From positions 608,001-672,000 of the forward strand of contig JAXGZN010000001.1 in NCBI GenBank assembly GCA_040776945.1: a DNA stretch of 64,000 bases. Direction: 5' to 3'. Numbering within the stretch: position 1 is the first letter of the stretch; the number at the start of each line of letters is the position of its first letter. This DNA is from Methanomassiliicoccaceae archaeon. GTDB lineage: Archaea; Thermoplasmatota; Thermoplasmata; Methanomassiliicoccales; Methanomassiliicoccaceae. Below the pieces are notes generated by a model. It saw only the letters and a list, made by a program, of their open reading frames with translations, was not told where the DNA came from and ran no database searches. Shown piece after piece: positions 20,401-28,915 of the stretch. Position numbers and translations under genes: made by a program.

Positions 20401-23400
20401 GGTCGAAGGTGAACGTGCCGCCCGAGCCGCTGGTGGCGTTGGTGACGTTGCCGTTCTTGTCGTCGGTGATGCTGACCCCGATGCCCTCGGCCGCTCCTCC
20501 GCTGACGAAGGAAAGGGTGCCGGAGACCGTCGCGGGCTTTACGGCCAGGTTCCGGTTCATGGCCTGGCCGGCCACGGTGGTCACGGTGGTCCGCCCGAAC
20601 TCGTGGCCCTTGTAGGTGGCGTAGAGAACGTTGGACTCGCCGCCCACCGCTGTCATGCTGTAGGAGCCGTTGGCATCGGTGGTGGCCGTGGCCTTGAACC
20701 CGGTGTCGTTGTTGATCATGGTGACCTCGGCCCCGGAGATGTACTCATCGCCGGTGCCGAAGCGGCCGTCCCCGTTCATGTCCCAGAACACCGAACCGGA
20801 GATTACGGAAGCGGGCAGGACGACGTCGCCGTTCGCGCTGAAGGCCTCTTTGCCCATGGCCTGAGCGTAGGAGACCGTGAAGTTCAGGCGGTCCAGCTCG
20901 GCGCCCACCAGGGTATCGCCCTTCGGGTCCCCGGCGGAGAACACCACGCTGACGTCGCCGAACGGCAGGAGGACGCTGTACGACCCGTCGGCCGAGGTCC
21001 TCACATTATCATGGGGGATGCCATACTCATCGACCACCGTCACCTGGATCCTTGCCAGCGGGGCGCCGTCGTTCGATGTGGCGGTCCCGCTCAGAGGCGC
21101 TCCGTCATAATACTGCAGGAATGTCACTCCGGACTGCAGGCTGGCGGCGGACATGTCCACCGTGCCGTTCATCTTGCCGGCGTCGATCTGCTGCTTGAGG
21201 TACAGCGCCTCGTCGAAGGAGATGGCCTTCCACTCGCGGGAGTGGTTGGCGACATCGGCCGAGCCGTACGGGTTGAAGTACGCGGTCCGGTACACCTGGC
21301 GGAAGTGCGTCAGGTTGTAGCCGGGCATGGCGTCGTATTTGGTCATCGAGCCGGAGATGCCGGGGATGCCCTGGCTGGTGGCGTCCACGTCACTGGGGCT
21401 CAGGCCCATGAACGAACGGTACAGCATGGTCTTATAGAACAGGTCGGTGTAGTAGATCTGGTAGCCGAGCACTCTGTCCATAGAGCCCACGTCCTTGACG
21501 TCGACCACGGAATAGTCGCTCAGCACCGCCTTGATCGAATAATAGTCGGTAGGGGCGTTGGTCGCGCGGTCGATGACCCGGTCGTTCAGCTTGGCCGGGG
21601 CGTAGAAGATGTTGCTGCTGGTGGCGCTGAAGGGGAACAAGCGGCTGTCGACAGCGACGTAGCCGATATCGTGGCCGGTTACCTCCCTCAGGTCCTGGTA
21701 CAGGCTGACCATTTTGCTCATGCCGGCCTTGCTTATCTCCACCCTGGCCGCGGCGTACTTGGCGTTGCCGGGGCTCAGGTCGTCGGTGAAGTTGCCGTAG
21801 ACCTCGGGGTTGTCCTTCACCTTCTGGACGTAGTTCGCGGGGTTCTGCATGATGTCCTTGACCGCGTCGGCGTCCACGCCATTCGCCCGCAGGGCGTTCA
21901 TCACCGAGCCGTTGAAGTCCGTGCCCTCGAGCAGCCTGACGATGAGTAGGGACACGGCGTCGCTCTCGTTCTCGGACATGAGGAACGAGCCGGCGAACTC
22001 GTAGCCGTCCTGGAAGTTGTCGGCGACCGTGGGATGGCGGCCCTGCTGGACCGCCTCGAAGCCGTAGTCCCACCATGACAGGTAGGCCGGCCGGTCCTGG
22101 ATCGGTTCCTCAGTGTCCTGGGTGGCGAACCATGACCAAGCCGCCGGATAGTAGGCGGTGGGCAGGGGAAGCGAGTAGCTGAACGCCCCCAGGTACCAGT
22201 AGGTGCCGTTCTGGACATCGTAGCCGGAGGGGTGTATGAAGTCCGGCAGAGCATGATAGATCTCCCGGTCATACTCCTTCTTGGTCTCCGAGGGGATGCC
22301 GGCGTCAACCGAGGTCCAGGCGTTGGGCAGAATGATCAGGAAGGCGAGGAACAGCGCCACGGCGACGTGGCGGACCTTGACCGCCTTCTTGAGAGTGGTC
22401 CAGGGGTTGGACCGGAACCCGCTGAGGGCCCGGGGGACCTCCTCGAACTTGATCAGCCCAATGATCAGCGCCAATATCCATCCGGCGGACATGGCGAAGG
22501 CCGGGGAGGCGTTGAACATGAACCTGCTGGCCGAGGCCGCCATGTAAATGCTCACGGCCATCCACACCACCACGAACACAAGGTATGGGGAGGGGTTCTT
22601 GGGTATCTTGACCGCTGCCCACACGATCCCGATCAGCGCCAGCCAGAAGGTCACGGCCCCGAATGACAGGACCAGGTACGAGAACGTCGGCGCCTGCGCC
22701 TCCGAGATGGTGGAGTACAGCTTGCTCTTGACCAGGTAGCCCTGGCCGGTGATGATCGCCTCGAATATGTTGGGGGCGATGAAGAATATCGCCACCAGCC
22801 CTATGGCGATGATGCCCGCCACTGCCGGTATTGCCAGCGTCCATGGGTAGTCGCGGGAGACCATTAACAGGCCGCCAACCAGCATCGAGCCGAGGAACAG
22901 ATAGAACGGCACGTCGAACCACTGGCCCCAGTAGTTCATTTGCCAGTAGAGCGGGGCCATCACTGCGAAGGCGGTTATCAGCATGACGAACACTATGAAG
23001 AACTCGCCCATGGAGTCGACGTTCCGAAAGCGGTTGATGAGGACCTGCACAAGGAAGTAGACCAGGACGATGATCAGCAGGTAGGTGTAGCCGGTCCAGA
23101 CCATGGCCACGGCGGCTATGCATGTCCCGCCCAACATCGCATAGATGAGCGACCGCTTGTTCGTGCTGAAGTAGCTCTCCAAACCAGACCGTATGGTCCT
23201 GCGGTCCCTCCAATCGGCGACCCATTTCGTACCCTTCATCGTGGCCAGGGCGCGGAACAGGAAGTACAGCGCGAACACCACGAAGAACAGGATCATGGCA
23301 TCATGGTCGGCGTCGGCAAGCACGCTGCGGGTGATGTTACCAGGCATCAGCGCGAACAGCAGCGACGCCAGAAGACCGGCCCGATTGCCGAACGCGGCAC

Positions 23401-23872
23401 GGGTGAGCATGTACAGCGGGATGATGGTAAGCGCGCTCCAGAACGGGGTGGACAGCACCAGGGTGTATCCGGTGGCGTCGCTGAGCGAGGCCCCGGATAT
23501 GCCTGAGATGAACATGCTGGTCACCGCCACCGACCAATCGTACAGGGGGGGCCTCATGTTCCTTATGCCCATGGGGTAGTTCAGAAGGGGGTCCTGGACC
23601 AGATGTTGGCCGTTATCCTCAACGTACTCGATCACGCGCATGTGATAGTATGAGTCAGAACCACCGGCGACCAGGAAACCGTTGTCCACCGAGGTGGAGA
23701 AGCCATAGTACGATCGCACGAAAAGCGCGATGAATATGACCACCACCAGGATGAGGATGGTGCCCCAGTTCTTACCCAGCCAAGTGTCCTTGAACCGGGA
23801 CTGGATGCCCTCCTTGGTCGGCTTCCGTTCCTTCTGGGACCGGCCGTCAGGCCTCCCTGCTTTCGCTTCCAT
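17420..23872 (-). CDS. aglB: giant oligosaccharyltransferase AglB (STT3) with long beta-sandwich repeat extension
   Basis: GSDSYYHMR, ADHD, TISEAQ, SWWDYG; multi-TM N-half, then carboxypeptidase-regulatory-like repeats and a C-terminal TM. Confidence 0.93.
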   Translation of the reverse strand: MEAKAGRPDGRSQKERKPTKEGIQSRFKDTWLGKNWGTILILVVVIFIALFVRSYYGFSTSVDNGFLVAGGSDSYYHMRVIEYVEDNGQHLVQDPLLNYPMGIRNMRPPLYDWSVAVTSMFISGISGASLSDATGYTLVLSTPFWSALTIIPLYMLTRAAFGNRAGLLASLLFALMPGNITRSVLADADHDAMILFFVVFALYFLFRALATMKGTKWVADWRDRRTIRSGLESYFSTNKRSLIYAMLGGTCIAAVAMVWTGYTYLLIIVLVYFLVQVLINRFRNVDSMGEFFIVFVMLITAFAVMAPLYWQMNYWGQWFDVPFYLFLGSMLVGGLLMVSRDYPWTLAIPAVAGIIAIGLVAIFFIAPNIFEAIITGQGYLVKSKLYSTISEAQAPTFSYLVLSFGAVTFWLALIGIVWAAVKIPKNPSPYLVFVVVWMAVSIYMAASASRFMFNASPAFAMSAGWILALIIGLIKFEEVPRALSGFRSNPWTTLKKAVKVRHVAVALFLAFLIILPNAWTSVDAGIPSETKKEYDREIYHALPDFIHPSGYDVQNGTYWYLGAFSYSLPLPTAYYPAAWSWFATQDTEEPIQDRPAYLSWWDYGFEAVQQGRHPTVADNFQDGYEFAGSFLMSENESDAVSLLIVRLLEGTDFNGSVMNALRANGVDADAVKDIMQNPANYVQKVKDNPEVYGNFTDDLSPGNAKYAAARVEISKAGMSKMVSLYQDLREVTGHDIGYVAVDSRLFPFSATSSNIFYAPAKLNDRVIDRATNAPTDYYSIKAVLSDYSVVDVKDVGSMDRVLGYQIYYTDLFYKTMLYRSFMGLSPSDVDATSQGIPGISGSMTKYDAMPGYNLTHFRQVYRTAYFNPYGSADVANHSREWKAISFDEALYLKQQIDAGKMNGTVDMSAASLQSGVTFLQYYDGAPLSGTATSNDGAPLARIQVTVVDEYGIPHDNVRTSADGSYSVLLPFGDVSVVFSAGDPKGDTLVGAELDRLNFTVSYAQAMGKEAFSANGDVVLPASVISGSVFWDMNGDGRFGTGDEYISGAEVTMINNDTGFKATATTDANGSYSMTAVGGESNVLYATYKGHEFGRTTVTTVAGQAMNRNLAVKPATVSGTLSFVSGGAAEGIGVSITDDKNGNVTNATSGSGGTFTFDRLLPGNYTVDTTDYNISAGSVKVSVSAGSSKSVELRVRSATQVTGTVTLGGSPQANVAVGFISASREQFTTTDASGNYRITLPQGVYTAYAIVSVGGVDQVAMSPLNANSNTATVDLSMSAGSVVTGTVKDGSTAAGSAKVVYTRTSDATFVTATTNSEGAYRLVLPNGDYFVYASGPSKAYWSTASVSGATSQDIALTDSVYISGRTWYDTNGNGEMDSSEGIPNVVLSVRSTTAAAQTVSFVSASSGGYNITLPKGSYQLTASLSGYQTWEKTYDPLNAAAKENIPMVADNRTVTGTLTSGGSGVGGVTVSFTANGGGARSTSAVTGGSGAFSVSLSPGTYSMIVDQNVTSGDDSSRYKASQPLTVEVGRDPAAQAIAVTESAKVTLSVSMGASATGSVRFIGPQNMTVNAAPTITEYLAPGTYTIYTSLTENNAHFADLRSEALSAGASMSITPQYAPAFTGQLQYDGSDLSIPANVTIGSGAASLPMNANSKGSFTTYLVNGTYSIGANYHTKATVDEKPRYVVYSGTQSVTVSGTTERDIGLNRTLDTATISGSLSGAGSGVTWTFKALSDTAVDSTGSSDAGSYSFTLAPGTYSAYGVAGSNVYLGVITVNPNQANAANLTFEPGNTVSGVISYNGAGVSGATVTFSDNAQATATSGAGGSYSILLPAGTYNAAATWTNEEVAGVNVTHTSSFEITVSGATTRNIDLVRQLSGAVELVWDSGTKKTVDAGQTVTYDVTVYNRGNVDDTYRLSSDSTWNVTFSENDISLPWGTGSSRTVQVTIIVPENAKVIHSPVKITATSLNHTSAKGSVNLDVNVNPTYKVSVSMGSAQAVDGTSITYPFQIKNEGNAQDSYNFTVSNLDQLAMDGWTARISGVDTNYRLVTVSAGSGQTVNVILTKASDSPDMGASVRVAVVSTNATASAEQSIQKTSVDVTDGGLEVSGEGITMGTPQIPAGTWALAVLVALLLVLFVVLRVNKGVFGRRRKR

Positions 23873-24228
23873 CGTTAGAATCTCCTAGGCGGAATCTGTC
23901 TGTGATTACCGGTCCGGTATAAAAAGTCTGCCTCCTTGCCTGAAGATGCTGGCACAACCGCAGACGTCCCCCGCGCGCTGCCCTCCTCCGACCACGCGAT
24001 GGCCGTGTGCGCGCCCGTGAACGAGGGACCGCCGGGGTGGCGGTCGGGGACCGTGCGGGGCGGGGAAGCCGCCGAGGATGGGGCAGACGACCTATCCATC
24101 GATCGGGCGGACCGTCGGGACCCGATGCCTTTCAGCGTCGGGGGACCAGTCCTCGAGCGGCCGCGGTCGGGGCGGAGAACAGGATGGGCCCCTCGGCGCC
24201 AGTCCCTGGACGGGGCGCATCAAGGCGT

Positions 24229-24894
24229 CTAGACCAGGGGCGAGCGTCGCCTCGGCAGTTTCCCGATCTCCTCTGCCAGCTTCGATGCGGCCTCGCGGGG
24301 GTCGGCAGCAGCGTATATAGAGCGGCCGACGATGACATGGTCCGCCCCCATTGCGATGGCGTCGAAGGCGCTTCCTCCCTGCGCGCCCACACCAGGCGAG
24401 AGGATGAGCAGGTCACCGACTATGCTCCGCATCTTCGCGATGCGGTCCGGGCGGGTGGCCGGGGCGATTATGCCTGCGGCGCCGGCCTCCACGGCCATGG
24501 CCGCGAAGCGCTCCGCCAGCGGAGCGGTGTACTCCTGGCCCCCCGGGTGGGACATCTCGGTGACCACGAGGACGTCGAGATCGCCGGCCTCATCTACCGC
24601 CGCCCTCAGCGAATCGGTCCCGGTGAACGCATGGACGATGACCCCGCTGGCTCCCCGCTTCCGCACCTGCTCCACGATGAGCCGGTCGGTGTTCGGTATG
24701 TCCGCGATCTTGAAATCGCAAATGACCGGCGCCAGCCGGGCCAGCCGGGTTATCATCTCCGGGGAGGTCGAGAGCACCAGGGGCCAGTTGATCTTGATCG
24801 CGTCCACCAGGTCTTGGACGTTCTCGGCGACCCTGAGGGCCTTCCGCTCGTCGGTCTCGTCCAGCGCTAAGATCATCCGCGTGCCTGTCCTCAT
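24229..24894 (-). CDS. pyrF: orotidine 5'-phosphate decarboxylase
   Basis: [38 protein letters not shown]. Confidence 0.96.
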   Translation of the reverse strand: MRTGTRMILALDETDERKALRVAENVQDLVDAIKINWPLVLSTSPEMITRLARLAPVICDFKIADIPNTDRLIVEQVRKRGASGVIVHAFTGTDSLRAAVDEAGDLDVLVVTEMSHPGGQEYTAPLAERFAAMAVEAGAAGIIAPATRPDRIAKMRSIVGDLLILSPGVGAQGGSAFDAIAMGADHVIVGRSIYAAADPREAASKLAEEIGKLPRRRSPLV

Positions 24895-24937
24895 GCTATC
24901 ACGCGGACCTGAAGAACGTGCCGCATAATAGATGTGC

Positions 24938-25459
24938 TCAATGCATGCGGGAGACCATTATACGCCCCATGCCGATGAGCCAGGAATCTGAGACGTTGCA
25001 GTCGGAGTCGCAGGACAGCATGATGAGGCCGTAAACGTTGCGCTCCACGAAGGCGAGGGCCTTCATCCTGCGCCCCGCCTTCCCCGCAGCCTCCATCATT
25101 GCCCCCGCGTCCCCCAGCGCCACCCTGGTCAGCTTGAGGCAGCTCATCCTGCTCAGCATCTTCACCAGGACATCTGAAGCGGCCTTGTGGTTCCGGTAGA
25201 CGATCGTCTCGAAGGACAGGAGCCCCTTTTCCTTCCGTCCGTCCATGAGGGCGAACCTGGAAACAGCGTAGTTCTCGGAATCATGGCGGAGCTTTTCCGA
25301 TGCCTTCACCGGCACCTCGGCCCACCGGGTCGGTAGGTCGCTAGGCACGATCGTCATCTCCCCTGCGGGCCTCACTATCGCCCGCTCGCCTCCCCTCGGC
25401 TCGGCCTTGCTGCCTTGAACATCGAATGGAAGCTCCGTTTCGACCGCCCTTATCGACAT
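24938..25459 (-). CDS. hypothetical protein, paralogous to the C-half of 4675..5277
   Basis: 173-aa ORF with host-like codons; alignable F..(R/K)NV.G.I..S......(D/Q).W.......SR pattern. Confidence 0.7.
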   Translation of the reverse strand: MSIRAVETELPFDVQGSKAEPRGGERAIVRPAGEMTIVPSDLPTRWAEVPVKASEKLRHDSENYAVSRFALMDGRKEKGLLSFETIVYRNHKAASDVLVKMLSRMSCLKLTRVALGDAGAMMEAAGKAGRRMKALAFVERNVYGLIMLSCDSDCNVSDSWLIGMGRIMVSRMH

Positions 25460-25677
25460 GACTTCCTCCCTGTTAGAAAATTCGAGCCGCCCTTATATAA
25501 CGATATGCGGACGATGGGGCCCTTGGAGCCAGCAGGTCGGACGCATGAGGCAGGAGGATTATCTCGAAAGGGCGGACGGCCCACTGCTCAGGTTTTGCCG
25601 CCGATGCCGGCGTCCCCTTGACATCACCGGTGAGGTTCGAGTAAAGGTTTATTAGCTGGCCGGGCCTCGTTCGGCCG

Positions 25678-26742
25678 ATGAAGGTCCGTTCCATGGAGGC
25701 GGGCTCGGCCTACACCGGCCGCCTGCCTCGCGGGTGCGTCCTGTGCCGCCAGGGCTCCAAGATGGTCCTGCTGGTCACCGGGAAATGCTCAACCGGCTGC
25801 TATTACTGCCCCCTGTCCCTGGAGAAGCGGGGGAAGGACGTCACCTATGCCAACGAGCGCAAGGTGAGCTCGGACGGCGAGATCATGGACGAGGCGAGGA
25901 CCATCGATGCGCAGGGCACCGGGATCACCGGCGGGGACCCCGTCGCCTGCCTCGAGAGGACGGTGCGCCTGGTCCGAGCGCTGAAGGAAGAGTTCGGCCC
26001 TCGGCATCATGTGCACCTCTACACCTCCTCCCTGGACCTTGACGCGTTCCGGGCCCTGGAGGAGGCGGGCCTCGATGAGCTGAGGCTCCATCCTCCGAGG
26101 GAGAGGTGGAGCACGATGCAGGATGCCGGCATCGCAGAGTTCAAGCGCTCGTCGAAGATGAGGATCGGGCTGGAGGTGCCGGCGCTGCCCGGGGAGGGGG
26201 AGAAGCTCATGGAGCTGGTGGCCTTCGCCGCCGACGCCGGCCTCGATTTCGTCAACCTCAACGAGCTGGAGCTCTCCGAGGGCAACTGGGAGAAGCTGTC
26301 GGAGCGGGGCATGGACGTCAAGGATGGGGTTTCCTCGGCGATCAAGGGCAGCGAGGAGACCGCGCTCGAGGTCTTGGCCGCCGCGAAGCGGGTCCCGGTG
26401 CACTACTGCTCGTCTAGCTTCAAGGACTCGGTGCAGCTGAGGAAGCGGATCAAGCGCCGGGCGCTTCGCGTCGCGCTGCCGTCGGACATCATCACCGAGG
26501 AGGGGACGCTCCTCAAGGGCGTCGTGGAGGGGCCGGTGGACGAAATCGCCGCCATGCTCCGTGACAGGTTCGAGGTGCCACCGAAGCTGTTCAGAATGGA
26601 CGCTGAAAAGAAAAGGGTTGAGGTGGCCCCGTGGGTGCTCGAAGAGATTTTCTCCGAGCTTCCCTACGAGTCCTTCCTGGTGGAGGAGTACCCCACCGCC
26701 GACAGGCTGGAAGTGGAGCGGGAACCGCTCAGGCCACGCTGA
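25678..26742 (+). CDS. archaeal radical SAM protein (COG2108-like)
   Basis: GCVLCRQGSKMVLLVTGKCSTGCYYCPLS, GITGGDP, LDELRLHP, NLNELE. Confidence 0.88.
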   Translation: MKVRSMEAGSAYTGRLPRGCVLCRQGSKMVLLVTGKCSTGCYYCPLSLEKRGKDVTYANERKVSSDGEIMDEARTIDAQGTGITGGDPVACLERTVRLVRALKEEFGPRHHVHLYTSSLDLDAFRALEEAGLDELRLHPPRERWSTMQDAGIAEFKRSSKMRIGLEVPALPGEGEKLMELVAFAADAGLDFVNLNELELSEGNWEKLSERGMDVKDGVSSAIKGSEETALEVLAAAKRVPVHYCSSSFKDSVQLRKRIKRRALRVALPSDIITEEGTLLKGVVEGPVDEIAAMLRDRFEVPPKLFRMDAEKKRVEVAPWVLEEIFSELPYESFLVEEYPTADRLEVEREPLRPR

Positions 26743-27157
26743 TGCTCTGGACGTTGTGGTGACGGTTCACGATGTCCCTGGCGATCTTGAGGTTGCGCCC
26801 GTTCTTGCCTATGGCGCGCCCCTTGACCTTGGGGTCCACGGTCACCGTCGCGTGAACGACGTTCCCGCGGTTCTCTATCACCACGTTCTGCACGTTGTAG
26901 TTGTAGAACACGTTCCGGATGAACTTCTCCGGCTCATCGGAGTACTCGATGACCTGGATGTTCTTTCCGGTCTGGTTCTTGAGGCGGATCACGTTCTCGC
27001 CGGCCTTGCCAACGGCCCGGTTGGCCTGGCCTGGCTCGACCACGAAAACGAGCTTTTCCTCGGTCTCCATGCAGTCCTTGACCCTGGTCTTGGTCACCGC
27101 CTCGAAGAGGTTGATGTACCTCAGGGTGTCCTCGGTGAATGTAATCTCAGCCGGCAT
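26729..27157 (-). CDS. nusA: archaeal NusA (KH domains)
   Basis: AVGKAGENV, KGRAIGKNGRN; follows rpl30e. Confidence 0.94.
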   Translation of the reverse strand: MPAEITFTEDTLRYINLFEAVTKTRVKDCMETEEKLVFVVEPGQANRAVGKAGENVIRLKNQTGKNIQVIEYSDEPEKFIRNVFYNYNVQNVVIENRGNVVHATVTVDPKVKGRAIGKNGRNLKIARDIVNRHHNVQSISVA

Positions 27158-27161
27158 AGGA

Positions 27162-27440
27162 TCACAACGAAAGGATGTTGGAGGTGCCCTTGTCGATGAC
27201 CGCCAAGGCGGACACCGAGAACGGCTTCCCGCACAGAGCCCCTAGCTCCATGTTGGTACCCTCAAACTTGACAACCTTGATGCTGTGGTTTCCAGATCTG
27301 AGGAACTCACTCGGGCAGTTGTCAGCGAAGATGACCATCTTGGCCGCCCCGCTGTTGACCGCCTTCTCTGCCTGCTGCACGCCGTAGACCACCTTGCCGG
27401 TGGTCGCAGCGGCCTTTATCGCTCTTCCCAAATCTATCAT
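27162..27440 (-). CDS. rpl30e: 50S ribosomal protein L30e
   Basis: [25 protein letters not shown]. Confidence 0.96.
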   Translation of the reverse strand: MIDLGRAIKAAATTGKVVYGVQQAEKAVNSGAAKMVIFADNCPSEFLRSGNHSIKVVKFEGTNMELGALCGKPFSVSALAVIDKGTSNILSL

Positions 27441-28915
27441 TGGTTTGCCTCCTTGGGCCTCTTCTTGGGCTCGTACACCAGGTTGACAGCACCTGTCCCC
27501 AGCGTCACCGGTTGCCCCACGATGATGTTCTCCGCCACTCCGTCCAGATCGTCCGTCTCACCGGTGAGGGCGGCGTGGAGCAGGTGGGTGGCAGTGATCT
27601 CGAACGCGGCCCTCGCGAGCACGCTCGACTTCCTGCCGGAGATCCCATGCCGGCCGATAGCCTTGACGTCGCCGTCATTGGTCATCAGGTCGGCCACGAG
27701 CATGATGTGCCGGATATCGACGGTAAGGCCCTGCTCTTCCAGGGTCCTCGACGCCTCGTGGATGATGGAGTTCCGGGCCGCCTCCACCCCCAGGACGTCA
27801 TATATCTCTTGGATCGAGTTGGTGGTGGTCCTCGTGCGGTCCACCTTTTCCTCGGCCAGCACATCGCGCAGGTTTGACCCCGCGGTATAGATGACGTACT
27901 CGCCGTTGGGCTGCCTCCTAAGGATGGCCCTCTCGATGCCGTCAAGACCCTGGATGACAGCGTCCCTGGTCGCCTGGACGATCCCCTGGAGCTTCTTGAA
28001 GCTCGGCTCGTCCGAGGTCACCACGATATACTGCCGGGCCTTGTCCTCGGCATCCTCCTCCAGCTTCACCTGGCCGCGGAGGCGGCGGTCCTTGTTCAGC
28101 CGCTCCACAATCTGTTCCGGGGTGATGCCCTTCTGGTCCATCTTGGACGTGTCCGGGTGGACTATCACCTTCATGTTGACGATGTCCGTCTCGATGTCGG
28201 CGATGTCCAGCAGGGTGGTCTTCTCGATGCGGGAGGCGACCCTGCGCACCTCCTCGACGCTCTCGCGGAACTCTGGCCGGATGTACACGGTCATCATCGG
28301 CGTAGAGGGAACGCGGCGGGCGTCCACGATCTCGATGAGGCGCGGAAGCCCTAGAGTGACGTTGATCTCGGCGACACCTGCGTAGTGGAAGGTACGCATG
28401 GTCATCTGGGTGCCGGGTTCACCTATGGACTGGGCGGCCAGGATGCCGGCCGACTCGTTGGCGTCCATCTTGTGGAGTTCATACTTCTCCGACGCCCGCT
28501 TGAGGATCTCCCTGATCTTGACCTCGGGGATGTCGGCGCCTTCCAGGCGCTCGCCGATAGTGACCACTACCCGGCGCGGGAGCTCCAAGCCGAGGTCGTC
28601 GAGCATGTCGTTGAGCTTGGCCTCGATTTCGGTGACCGGTTTGGCCTTGACCACCCGGTGGAACTCGACCTTCTTGGCCGGCTCGGCGGCCTGCTCCTTC
28701 TTCGCCGCTTTCTTGCTGCCCGACTCCTTCTTGGTCTTCCCGAGCTTGTTGAGAGTGTCCGCGGCCTGATCCTCGCTCAGGCCGAGGGACATGAGGTCCG
28801 CGGGGCTGGCGGATGCTATGTCGGAAATGCTGTTGTATCCCTGGAGGAGCTTGTCGGCGATCGCCGCCTCGATGTTCCTCCTCAGCAATGCGTTGAACGT
28901 GTCCTTGCGGGCCAT
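27437..28915 (-). CDS. rpoA2: RNA polymerase subunit A'' (Rpo1C) with N-terminal extension
   Basis: [56 protein letters not shown]. Confidence 0.97.
   Translation of the reverse strand: MARKDTFNALLRRNIEAAIADKLLQGYNSISDIASASPADLMSLGLSEDQAADTLNKLGKTKKESGSKKAAKKEQAAEPAKKVEFHRVVKAKPVTEIEAKLNDMLDDLGLELPRRVVVTIGERLEGADIPEVKIREILKRASEKYELHKMDANESAGILAAQSIGEPGTQMTMRTFHYAGVAEINVTLGLPRLIEIVDARRVPSTPMMTVYIRPEFRESVEEVRRVASRIEKTTLLDIADIETDIVNMKVIVHPDTSKMDQKGITPEQIVERLNKDRRLRGQVKLEEDAEDKARQYIVVTSDEPSFKKLQGIVQATRDAVIQGLDGIERAILRRQPNGEYVIYTAGSNLRDVLAEEKVDRTRTTTNSIQEIYDVLGVEAARNSIIHEASRTLEEQGLTVDIRHIMLVADLMTNDGDVKAIGRHGISGRKSSVLARAAFEITATHLLHAALTGETDDLDGVAENIIVGQPVTLGTGAVNLVYEPKKRPKEANQ

Noticed and set aside
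18317-21949. 1210-aa plus-strand ORF and other long antisense ORFs (e.g. 29536..30924, 39147..40739)
   Set aside because: Shadow frames of GC-rich genes on the opposite strand; low-complexity translations with no motifs
23875-24228. Very GC-rich intergenic stretch as a possible structured RNA (also 56260-56450 and 51100-51330)
   Set aside because: No SRP, RNase P or riboswitch consensus could be matched by eye
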